From contig JACPPH010000008.1 of assembly GCA_016191105.1 (NCBI GenBank), positions 136,951 through 200,950 of the forward strand: 64,000 bases of DNA, read 5' to 3'. Every line of letters begins with the position of its first letter. Position 1 is the first letter of the stretch. Source of the DNA: Candidatus Saccharimonadota bacterium (GTDB lineage Bacteria > Patescibacteriota > Saccharimonadia > CAILAD01 > BJGX01). Both the position numbers and the translations under genes were made by a program. Below, in pieces: positions 43,288 through 51,659 of the stretch. Below the pieces are notes generated by a model that saw only the letters and a program-made list of their open reading frames with translations, searched no databases and had not been told where the DNA came from.

Positions 43288-43818
43288 ATGAAGGTTATAA
43301 TGCTCAACACGATGTCGGTTAACGGCATGATTTCTCTTGAGGATGGAAGCGAAAACTTTCTGTCTGACGAAGGCGGTGACTATGTTATGCAAAAAGCCAA
43401 GGAATTCGGCTGCATAATTTGGGGTCGCAGGGTCTACGAAAACCTTTAGAGTAATCTTACAGAGTTTAACGAGAGGCAGTCCAAAAAGTTGGCCGAAATT
43501 TATAAGATAGTTGTTTCAAGCGACACAAATTTACAGCTTGAGGAAGGCTATAATTTGACAACAAGTCCGCGGCACGCTCTAGAGTTGCTTAGGGAACAGG
43601 GCACGGAAAGCGCTTTAGTAGACGGCGGCGGTAAGCTCAACGCTTCATTTCTCAGAGAAGGCTTAGTTCATGAAATTCATCTTATCATCGAACCTGTAAT
43701 GATTGGCAAGGGGCTGCCAATTATTGCGCCAGATGCTTTTGAAGTAAGAACCTCCTTAATTTCGGTCGAAGAGATTCATAAAGAAGAAGTTCTGCTAAAA
43801 TATAAGGTAGAGAAATAA
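43288..43818 (+). pseudogene. dihydrofolate-reductase-like (RibD C-terminal domain family) gene interrupted by a single in-frame TAG at 43447-43449
   Basis: N-terminal segment MKVIMLNTMSVNGMISLEDGS...WGRRVYENL, then TAG, then in-frame continuation ...EIYKIVVSSDTNLQ...ALVDGGGKLNASFL...IHLIIEPVMIGKG. Confidence 0.5.
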
Positions 43819-43820
43819 CT

Positions 43821-44276
43821 ATGGATGTCGAAAAAGTAATCCGCGACTACCTGCCAGATGTTATACACATGTTGCTCGGAACCTGTGCTGGCAACAAACC
43901 ATGGGTCTGCGAAGTTCACTTTGTTTATGACAATGACTTAAATTTATATTGGCGATCGCTAACTTCTCGTAGACACAGCCGTGAAATTGACTCTAATCCT
44001 AAGGTCGCCGGCAATATCGTACGCCAGCATACATTAGATGATTATCCCCATGGCATTTACTTTGAGGGCAGGGCTGAAAAGATTGACGTTGAAGCCGAAC
44101 GCAACAAGGCCTTTCCACTATTCCAAAAGCGATTAAATTGTGACGAAGGTATTTTAGAAGAAGCCAAACGCGAAGATGGCCACCAGTTTTATAAGGTAAA
44201 TGTTGATAGTTGGTATGCTTTTGGAAAGTTTGGCGGCTATAAAGGCCAAAAGTTTGAGCTCAAGTGGGGTAAATGA
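43821..44276 (+). CDS. pyridoxamine 5'-phosphate oxidase-like FMN-binding protein
   Basis: 151 aa with a PNPOx-like split-barrel pattern (GTCAGNKPWVCEVHFVYD). Confidence 0.5.
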   Translation: MDVEKVIRDYLPDVIHMLLGTCAGNKPWVCEVHFVYDNDLNLYWRSLTSRRHSREIDSNPKVAGNIVRQHTLDDYPHGIYFEGRAEKIDVEAERNKAFPLFQKRLNCDEGILEEAKREDGHQFYKVNVDSWYAFGKFGGYKGQKFELKWGK

Positions 44277-44749
44277 AAACCCTAGAAATTATCGGCCTAA
44301 TAGCACTGAGCCTACTGGTTTTACTATTCGTAGCTTTTTTATTGGTGCGAGCCTACTATGGTTGGCGCACTAGCCAGATGCCAGAGCACAGTCAGTTTGC
44401 GAGTGGGACAGCTCCAACCGAGCTGCCAAACGGCAGCTACAAAGGCACAGCCACAGTTTCGCAAGGCAGCTGGCAGGGTAAGAAGTTCGATTCTGCAACG
44501 GCCGCTGGAATTAATGTGTTTGCCGAAGGTGATAAGTACGAGTTTAAGATGTCGAGCGCCAAAGGCTTAACTGACCCCGACAAGCAAGTACTGAAGATCG
44601 ACTATAACCTGCCAAGCAACCCGTGGTGGCTACGCTTGGTGGTAGATGAAGTGGTGCAGACTGGGCCAAATGAACTACTTGGCAAGATCCAAATTAACGC
44701 TATCCCGTCGCTGCCATTTACGGTCGGCTACTTTAAGCTTCAGAAATAA
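44273..44749 (+). CDS. hypothetical membrane-anchored protein
   Basis: N-terminal TM helix, 158 aa. Confidence 0.4.
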   Translation: MKTLEIIGLIALSLLVLLFVAFLLVRAYYGWRTSQMPEHSQFASGTAPTELPNGSYKGTATVSQGSWQGKKFDSATAAGINVFAEGDKYEFKMSSAKGLTDPDKQVLKIDYNLPSNPWWLRLVVDEVVQTGPNELLGKIQINAIPSLPFTVGYFKLQK

Positions 44750-44777
44750 TTTTCGTCTTTTTGTGCTAAAATAATCT

Positions 44778-45262
44778 CAACCCGGCCACAAGCGGTCCCA
44801 CCAGTGGGGCAACTCACAGGTTCGACTGCGGTTCTCGGGTGCCCATTGGGTTAAGTGCCGGTGTGCCTCGGTGCCTGTCCTACACAGGGGCGGGAAAAGC
44901 CGGTAGACTGGCTCGAGCGAGCTCCTGAGCTTGTAGGGCAACAGTGGTAGTGGAACTGCAAAGACAGCCAGGACTAGGGCTTAGAAACAGCCCCGGTTGA
45001 AAGAGTGCGTAACAGCTCACTGGTCGAGTGGTTCTGCGCCACAAAACGCAAGTGGTATGTTTCGGCGATGTCGGCCGCCGCGTGCCGACTTTAAGGGCCT
45101 CTGGCCTATCACATACCCACTCCGACCCTGGCGTTCGCGCTAAGGCGGGGCAAAGGTGGTTTCTCGAGCCGAACTAGAGACTCCACCAACCCCTCGATCG
45201 TATCGAGGTGCCATCCGGAAGGGTGGGCGGGGATTAAAGCATGTCCCCGTCCACTCGCTGGG
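44778..45262 (+). ncRNA. 23S rRNA domain II-like RNA (helices ~41-46 / L10-L11-binding GTPase-associated-centre region) as an isolated ~480-nt non-coding segment
   Basis: Co-linear blocks match conserved 23S sequence, e.g. ACAGCCAGGACTAGGGCTTAGAAACAGCC...AAAGAGTGCGTAACAGCTCACTGGTCGAGTGGTTCTGCGCC vs E. coli ACAGCCAGGATGTTGGCTTAGAAGCAGCC...AAAGAAAGCGTAATAGCTCACTGGTCGAGTCGGCCTGCGCG. Also AACCCGGCCACAAGCGGTCCC, GGTTAAGTG, CTAAGGCGGGGCAAAGG blocks. Extended -10 TGcTAAAAT at 44764-44772 and a terminator-like hairpin/T-run at 45224-45269. No ORFs. Confidence 0.45.
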
Positions 45263-45318
45263 CTTTTTTATTTACGGCAAATGTTCGTATGTGCTAATGC
45301 TTGTAGTAAAATAGACCA

Positions 45319-47487
45319 ATGCAACAGATTCTGGAATCTCTAAATGAATCGCAAAAGCAGGCCGTGCTGGCCACCGAAGGGCCAGTATTAATGCTGGCTG
45401 GTGCTGGCAGTGGTAAAACCAAAACCCTTACGCACCGCATAGCCTACCTGATTGCTGAGCGCAAAATTCCGGCCGCCAACATTTTGGCGGTTACGTTTAC
45501 CAACAAAGCCGCTGGCGAAATGCGCCGACGGGTGGCGCGGATTCTGCACTTTCACGAAGACAATATGAACTATCTGCCCTTCCTTGGCACCTTCCACTCC
45601 ATTGCCAACAAGATTTTGCGGCGCGAGGCGACCCACATTGGCTACCCTAGTAACTTTTTAATCTACGACACCAACGACTCTCAGGCGCTCATTAAGCACC
45701 TTATTAAACAACACCGCATCGACGAAAAAACTATTACTGCTAACGCTGTGGGGCACATGATAAGCAGCGCCAAAAATGAACTGCTCGATCCAAACCAATA
45801 CGCCAACTTTGCCGTCGGTCGCTTGCAAGAGGCCGCGGCCAAAATTTACCCTGATTATCAAAAAGAGTTGCGTAAGGCCCAGGCTATGGACTTTGATGAT
45901 CTTATAATGCAGTTAGTTAAGTTGTTCCAAACTGAGGCCGAGGTGTTAAAAAAATACCAAAGCCAGTTTCAGTACATATTGGTCGATGAGTATCAGGATA
46001 CCAACAACGCTCAGTACACACTCATTCACTTACTGGCGCGTGAGCACAGCAATGTTTGTGTAGTTGGTGACGACTGGCAGAGCATATACAGCTGGCGCGG
46101 TGCCAATTACGAAAACATCCTTAATTTTGAGCGTGATTATCCGACCGCTAAGATTGTAAAACTCGAGCAAAACTATCGCTCTACTCAGACCATACTAGAT
46201 GCTGCCCACGCGGTGATATCTAAAAACACTGCCCGCAGCGAAAAAGAGCTCTGGACCGAAGCCGGCAGTGGAGCTAAGATCCAGCTCGTGAGTGTGCGCG
46301 ATGAGCTCGAAGAGGGCCGGTTTATAGTGCAAACTATTCAGAGCGCTATCGAGCACGACCCACGGCTTAGTCGGCATGACTTTGCGGTGCTGTACCGTAC
46401 TAACGCTCAGTCACGCGCCTTGGAAGAGTCATTTCTGCGCTACAACGTGCCATACCAGATCGTCGGTGGAGTACGGTTTTATGAACGCAAAGAGATCAAA
46501 GATACCTTAGCTTACTTGCGCTTTGTATTTCAGCCCAACGACCAGATTAGTTTACGCCGCGTAATCAACGTGCCTCCGCGCGGCCTGGGCGAGCGCAGCT
46601 TACAAACATTTTTCGATTATACGGCTCGGTTTGAACTTAACTTGCTCGAGGCCATGGCCAACGCCACAGAGATTGAAGGGCTAACACCTAAGGCGGCCAA
46701 AGCTTTCACTGAGTTTGCCGCCACCATCAAAGAGCTTCAGGTAAAACAAGAGACTCTGCCCTTGAGCGTGCTGGTTGAGACAGTATTAAAAACCACTGGC
46801 TACCTTAAGTATCTAGACGACGGCAACATCATCTCGGCCGACCGCATTGAGAACCTCCAAGAGTTTATAGGCGTAGCCAAGAGCTTCGACAATGCTGGCT
46901 TGGAGGCCTTTCTAACAGAAATCACATTAATTTCTGACCTCGATGGCCTCAAAGAAAGCCAAGACGCCGTAACCTTGATGACTCTACATTCGGCTAAAGG
47001 GCTGGAGTTCGACACCGTCTTTATGGCCGGTATGGAGGAGGCTATATTCCCGCACTCTCGAGCCATGTTTGAGGCTGTGGAGCTCGAAGAGGAGCGCCGC
47101 CTATGCTACGTGGGCATGACTCGCGCCAAGAGCAAGCTTTATATGATTCATGCCAATGCTCGTATGTTGTATGGACGCACTCAGCACAACGTGCCCTCGC
47201 GCTTTTTGAGCGACATCCCAGCCGAGCTGGTGGAATCAACCTCACCGACTGGCACCCTTGGCCAGCTGCTACAGCGACAAACACTGTCTGATCCATCGAG
47301 CGGTGACAGCTTCGACGATGAGCCGTTTGTCAATCTGCCTAAGCTTAGCCCGGGTGATGAGGTAGAGCACGATGCCTTTGGCCGCGGCATCGTTAAGAGT
47401 CTCGATGACAGTGAAGTTGTAGTAAGCTTCTACCGAGCCGGCGTAAAAACCCTAAACTTAGGCTTTGCACCATTGAGAAAAGTATGA
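45319..47487 (+). CDS. pcrA: ATP-dependent DNA helicase PcrA/UvrD
   Basis: LNESQKQAV, GAGSGKT (Walker A), VDEYQDTN, and UvrD-C motifs; 722 aa. Confidence 0.9.
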   Translation: MQQILESLNESQKQAVLATEGPVLMLAGAGSGKTKTLTHRIAYLIAERKIPAANILAVTFTNKAAGEMRRRVARILHFHEDNMNYLPFLGTFHSIANKILRREATHIGYPSNFLIYDTNDSQALIKHLIKQHRIDEKTITANAVGHMISSAKNELLDPNQYANFAVGRLQEAAAKIYPDYQKELRKAQAMDFDDLIMQLVKLFQTEAEVLKKYQSQFQYILVDEYQDTNNAQYTLIHLLAREHSNVCVVGDDWQSIYSWRGANYENILNFERDYPTAKIVKLEQNYRSTQTILDAAHAVISKNTARSEKELWTEAGSGAKIQLVSVRDELEEGRFIVQTIQSAIEHDPRLSRHDFAVLYRTNAQSRALEESFLRYNVPYQIVGGVRFYERKEIKDTLAYLRFVFQPNDQISLRRVINVPPRGLGERSLQTFFDYTARFELNLLEAMANATEIEGLTPKAAKAFTEFAATIKELQVKQETLPLSVLVETVLKTTGYLKYLDDGNIISADRIENLQEFIGVAKSFDNAGLEAFLTEITLISDLDGLKESQDAVTLMTLHSAKGLEFDTVFMAGMEEAIFPHSRAMFEAVELEEERRLCYVGMTRAKSKLYMIHANARMLYGRTQHNVPSRFLSDIPAELVESTSPTGTLGQLLQRQTLSDPSSGDSFDDEPFVNLPKLSPGDEVEHDAFGRGIVKSLDDSEVVVSFYRAGVKTLNLGFAPLRKV

Positions 47488-47918
47488 GCAAGCCAAAGGT
47501 CATTACTATTAACAATAAGCAAGTTCATGTTTCAGCAGGTGTTCTGGTAGTAAATGACAAGAATCAAGTTCTTTTAATTGATCGTGCAACCCCTCCATTT
47601 GGTTTAGCAGGCATAGCTGGTCATGTTGATGAAGGTGAGTCTGCTAAAGTCGCAGCTATAAGAGAAGTCTTGGAGGAGGCCGGCCTAGCCGCCAAAGATC
47701 TTAAATTGCTGAAACATGAGCTTATTGATTGGAACTGGTGTAGTGCTGGTGTAACTGGCCACGACTGGTATCTGTATGAAGCTAAGGTTACCGGGAGGCC
47801 TAAAATACAAGAATCCGAAGTGAAATCTATTGGCTGGTATGATCTGGGAAGCCTAAAATCAAGCCAGCTCGAGCCGGTTTGGAAATTCTGGCTTGAAAAA
47901 TTACAGCTTCTCGGTTAA
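47484..47918 (+). CDS. NUDIX hydrolase
   Basis: Nudix box GHVDEGESAKVAAIREVLEEAGL. Confidence 0.75.
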   Translation: MSKPKVITINNKQVHVSAGVLVVNDKNQVLLIDRATPPFGLAGIAGHVDEGESAKVAAIREVLEEAGLAAKDLKLLKHELIDWNWCSAGVTGHDWYLYEAKVTGRPKIQESEVKSIGWYDLGSLKSSQLEPVWKFWLEKLQLLG

Positions 47919-47956
47919 GCATAAGCTAAATGAATCAAAAATGTATTCAAAATCCA

Positions 47957-47986
47957 TTGACATGCTTATGCTTGAAGGTCTAGAAT
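47957..47986 (+). promoter_or_regulatory. sigma70-like promoter TTGACA-N18-TAGAAT
   Basis: ccattgacatgcttatgcttgaaggtctagaat upstream of the RpfB-like gene. Confidence 0.4.
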
Positions 47987-48033
47987 AGTGATTAGCCAAA
48001 TATAAACAAAAACAAAAGCCTTTTAGATAATTT

Positions 48034-49266
48034 GTGAGGCTTATTATTTTACCGAGAAGATTGTCATCTTCAGTTGTCCGCAAGGGCTTGGCAAAAGCAA
48101 ACACTGGAAAAGCAAAATACACACTCAAGCGCGGGCTAATTGTCTTTGGACTCGTGTTTTTGTTTATCTTAACAGTCGGTGCTTTTTCGCGCGATCAGAT
48201 CAACCTGAGTGGTAGCAACCAGGCATTTGCCAATAGTCAGAGCCTGGTAAGCATTTTTGCCGACGGCCAGAAGCGCACGGTTGCTACTAGCGCCAATACG
48301 GTGGGTGAGGCATTAGAAAAGAATGGTGTAACGCTTGGCCAGGGCGATGTGGTTGAACCTAGTGCCGACCAGCCTCTGAGCTCAAATGTAACCAATATAA
48401 ACATTTATCGGGCGCGGCCGTACTTAATTGTCGATGGTGGCAAAGCCACAACCATTCTTTCGGGCTATCGCAGCCCGCGCAGCGTGATTGAGCGCAACAA
48501 CATCACTCTGTATCCAGAAGATGTTGTAACGCCCGAGCTCCAAAACGAACACCAAATGCTTAGTGACGGCTCGGTTGGCGAAAAGCTAGTTATACAGCGT
48601 GCTACACCAGTGACTGTAGTGTTGGCCGGCAAAACTTTCAACGTGCGTACCCAGAAATCGACAGTTGCCGACTTGTTGGCCGAAAAAGGCCTAACTGTTC
48701 AGCCGAATGATGTTATTACTCCAGGGGCAAACGCTAAATTAGTTGCCGGCATGAAGATTGCTATTAACCGGGTTGACCAAAAGATTGTAGCCGAGCAGCA
48801 AACTATAGAACCCGAAATTCAGTATGTGACCGACGACTCTAAACCGGTCGGCTATAGTGAAGTTCGCGATCCTGGTGCGCCTGGGCAGAAGACACTGACT
48901 TTTACTATAACCATGCAAAATGGCGCCGAACAATCCAGGCAGCTGCTGCAAGAGGCAGTTGATGTTGCTCCAAAAACCAAGGTGGTTGTGATTGGCCCGG
49001 TATCGGTGGCTGCCCAAAACGCTCATAATGCCAACACCTCTGGCTGGGCGGCCTTGCGTAACTGTGAATCGGGCGGTAATTATGCTAACAAGAATAATCC
49101 ACTCTATCGCGGCGCCTACCAGTTTAGCTACTCGACTTGGGGCAATTATGGCGGCTATCGTGACCCTGCCGATGCTCCGCCGGCCGTGCAAGATGCCAAA
49201 GCCCAAGCTACCTACGCAGTCTCTGGCTCCAGCCCGTGGCCTATCTGTGGCCGGTTCCTGCGCTAG
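48034..49266 (+). CDS. RpfB-like protein (DUF348 repeats + G5 + Rpf-type lytic transglycosylase domain)
   Basis: N-terminal TM; three DUF348-like repeats (KTILSGYRSP..., VTVVLAGKTFNVRT..., GMKIAINRV...); C-terminal GWAALRNCESGGNYANKNNPLYRGAYQFSYSTW is the Rpf transglycosylase signature. Confidence 0.65.
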   Translation: MRLIILPRRLSSSVVRKGLAKANTGKAKYTLKRGLIVFGLVFLFILTVGAFSRDQINLSGSNQAFANSQSLVSIFADGQKRTVATSANTVGEALEKNGVTLGQGDVVEPSADQPLSSNVTNINIYRARPYLIVDGGKATTILSGYRSPRSVIERNNITLYPEDVVTPELQNEHQMLSDGSVGEKLVIQRATPVTVVLAGKTFNVRTQKSTVADLLAEKGLTVQPNDVITPGANAKLVAGMKIAINRVDQKIVAEQQTIEPEIQYVTDDSKPVGYSEVRDPGAPGQKTLTFTITMQNGAEQSRQLLQEAVDVAPKTKVVVIGPVSVAAQNAHNANTSGWAALRNCESGGNYANKNNPLYRGAYQFSYSTWGNYGGYRDPADAPPAVQDAKAQATYAVSGSSPWPICGRFLR

Positions 49267-49325
49267 TATTTAATAGGTAACATACTTAAGAGGCCAACCC
49301 GGCCTCTTTTTGGTATTATTAATCT

Positions 49326-49931
49326 ATGAATAAAACACGAATAATGTCGGTAGATATGCAAAAAGACTTTGCAGCCAAGGGCGGCAAGCACTTCCACGAG
49401 CATCCTAACGTTGAATTTGTTAGTGCAACGCTCATACCTTTTATGAGGGATCACAACTTAAAACTTGCCGAAATTGTATCGGACTATCGTCAACCTAGGC
49501 CGGGCGATAGAGACTCGAGTTGTCTGCCTGCTACCAGTGGCTACGAGTCTGTTATACCAGATGATGTAAAGCTACAACCTGTCTGGATAAAGTGCATGAA
49601 CTCACCTATTTGGACACGCGAAAATGCCGGTGATCCCTCAAAAAATCCAGGCTATCCATATGAAGACACAAAACGGCTTGGAGAGTGGCTAGATAAAGCA
49701 GTTGGCAAGCCAGGGGAAGTCGACGTAGCCTTAATTGGCTTAACAATTGATTGTTGTGTGTTGTGCGCCGCCCAAGAGCTAAGCATGCGCGGCTACAAAG
49801 TCTTTGTACTCAAAGAGGGGGTCGATCCATATTCGGGAAACCAAGAAGACAAAGAGTTCATACTAAGTGGGCCAATTCTTAGAAACTGGGCCAAAGTCGT
49901 TACTTGGACCGAGCTTAAAGAGAAGATTTAG
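49326..49931 (+). CDS. isochorismatase-family cysteine hydrolase
   Basis: VDMQKDF (Asp), Lys, GLTIDCCV (Cys) catalytic-triad pattern. Confidence 0.65.
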   Translation: MNKTRIMSVDMQKDFAAKGGKHFHEHPNVEFVSATLIPFMRDHNLKLAEIVSDYRQPRPGDRDSSCLPATSGYESVIPDDVKLQPVWIKCMNSPIWTRENAGDPSKNPGYPYEDTKRLGEWLDKAVGKPGEVDVALIGLTIDCCVLCAAQELSMRGYKVFVLKEGVDPYSGNQEDKEFILSGPILRNWAKVVTWTELKEKI

Positions 49932-49933
49932 GG

Positions 49934-50431
49934 ATGGCCAAGTACAATTATTTGATTGAAGGCATCTCTGGTAGTGGCAAGTCGACAGTTGGCGAAGAGC
50001 TAAAAACAAAGGGCTATACTGTAATTGATGCAGACAAGGTTTTTGGTTACTATGGTGATCCAAAAACGGGTGAGCCAACCAGCGAGAAGTCTCAGCTAAA
50101 TTGGTTGTGGGAAAAAAACAAGGTTGAACAGCGGCTAGGCAGTCAAACAGATAATATACTTTTTGTTTGTGGTGGAGCTATGAACCAGGCCCAATTTGAG
50201 CATTACTTTAGTAAGATATTCATGCTCAAAGTAGACGACGAAACTTTGAAGCACCGCATTATGAACCGAACCAGCCACGATTTTGGCAAAGACCCAGAAG
50301 ATCTTAAGCGTCAACTTGCATGGAATAAAGGCGTGGAAGAATATGCCAAGCAAAAAGGCGCAATATTGGTCGATGCGTCTAAGCCTGTTGCAGATGTAGC
50401 TCGGTACATCTTGAAAGAAGTAGGGCAATGA
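49934..50431 (+). CDS. P-loop NTPase, small nucleotide/nucleoside kinase-like
   Basis: IEGISGSGKSTVGEEL Walker A; 165 aa. Confidence 0.5.
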   Translation: MAKYNYLIEGISGSGKSTVGEELKTKGYTVIDADKVFGYYGDPKTGEPTSEKSQLNWLWEKNKVEQRLGSQTDNILFVCGGAMNQAQFEHYFSKIFMLKVDDETLKHRIMNRTSHDFGKDPEDLKRQLAWNKGVEEYAKQKGAILVDASKPVADVARYILKEVGQ

Positions 50432-51207
50432 AAGCTAAAAAGTCATTTGGGCAGCATTGGTTGTTCGACCAAGAAAGCCTAGAAAAAGTTGTGGAGGCGG
50501 CTGAGCTAACCAAAGACGACTTTGTGCTCGAGGTTGGCCCTGGCCGTGGTAGCTTAACCGAACTTTTAGCACGAAAGGCCAAAGCCGTAATTGCGGTCGA
50601 GGCCGATGCCGATTTGCTGCCTGGCTTGCAAGCCCAGTTTGCACTAACCAGCAATGTTGAGATTGTTGAGCAAGACATACTCAAGTTTGATCTATCTAAA
50701 CTACCACCAGGCTACAAGGTTGTGGCTAACATCCCATATTACCTAACCTCGAATTTAATTCGTAGACTACTAGAGGCTCCAAACTCACCGAGCATTATGA
50801 GCTTGCTCATCCAAGAAGAAGTTGCCGAACGGATTGTGGCCAAGCCAGGGCAGATGTCGATATTGAGTGTGAGCGTGCAATACTATGCGACTGCTCATAT
50901 TGTTCGAGCTGTAAGTCGAGAACTATTCCAGCCTGTCCCGAATGTGGATTCGGCCATAATCCAGATTGTGCGACGCCCCAAGCCAGCCTTTACGGCCGAC
51001 ACCAAAAAGCTTTTTCGTTTAGTTAAGGCCGGCTTTGGCGAGAAGCGCAAGATGCTACGCAATTCCCTGAGTGGTGGCTTGCAGTTGCCAACAAATGAGG
51101 TCGAGAGTTTACTCGAACAAGCTAAGCTTAAGCCAACTGCTCGTGCCCAAGAACTAAGTTTAGACGAATGGCGGCGGCTGTATAATTCGGCAGAAAGTGT
51201 GCTATGA
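50428..51207 (+). CDS. rsmA: 16S rRNA (adenine1518/1519-N6)-dimethyltransferase
   Basis: KKSFGQHWL, LEVGPGRGSLT, and NIPY motifs. Confidence 0.9.
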   Translation: MKAKKSFGQHWLFDQESLEKVVEAAELTKDDFVLEVGPGRGSLTELLARKAKAVIAVEADADLLPGLQAQFALTSNVEIVEQDILKFDLSKLPPGYKVVANIPYYLTSNLIRRLLEAPNSPSIMSLLIQEEVAERIVAKPGQMSILSVSVQYYATAHIVRAVSRELFQPVPNVDSAIIQIVRRPKPAFTADTKKLFRLVKAGFGEKRKMLRNSLSGGLQLPTNEVESLLEQAKLKPTARAQELSLDEWRRLYNSAESVL

Positions 51208-51638
51208 ACGAAAAGTCAACAATAAAGGTTTTAAAAGAATGCACAGATAATAATCTTAATGACCTAAATGAATTATTTAAGTTATTTGATAAGCCCAGAA
51301 AGTTGGATATCACAATTGTTAACGATATGCTCAGTAACAAAGAGACTATCGTTGTAGTTGCGGTTCGTGATCAAAAGGTTGTTGGTATGTGCACAGTCGC
51401 AGCTTACTATACGCTCACAGGAAAACAAGGCGTATTTGAACACTTCGCTATAGACAGAAGCAATCAAGGCACGGGGTTGGCAGACAAAATGTTTAACTTT
51501 GCAGTCGAACGGGCCAAAAAAATGGGTGTCACTAGACTTATGTGGACGTCGCGGCCATCTAAAGAGAAGGCTAACGCCTTTTACCGAAAACGACTAGTAC
51601 CAGCCCCAACCAATGTTTATAAGTACGACCTGAAATAG
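51204..51638 (+). CDS. GNAT family N-acetyltransferase
   Basis: HFAIDRSNQGTGLADKMFNFAVERAKKMGV (motif A, Q/R-x-x-G-x-G/A). Confidence 0.7.
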   Translation: MNEKSTIKVLKECTDNNLNDLNELFKLFDKPRKLDITIVNDMLSNKETIVVVAVRDQKVVGMCTVAAYYTLTGKQGVFEHFAIDRSNQGTGLADKMFNFAVERAKKMGVTRLMWTSRPSKEKANAFYRKRLVPAPTNVYKYDLK

Positions 51639-51659
51639 TTCATATGCTATCATAAAAAT

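Noticed and set aside
44810-44840. tmRNA-like 5' motif GGGGCAACTCACAGGTTCGACTGCGG, and a later CTCCACCA, suggesting an ssrA gene
   Set aside because: No complementary 3' acceptor strand, no canonical T-arm (GGTTCGAnTCC) near the putative 3' end, and no tag-peptide reading frame ending in AA plus stop. The surrounding blocks are far better explained as 23S rRNA domain II homology.
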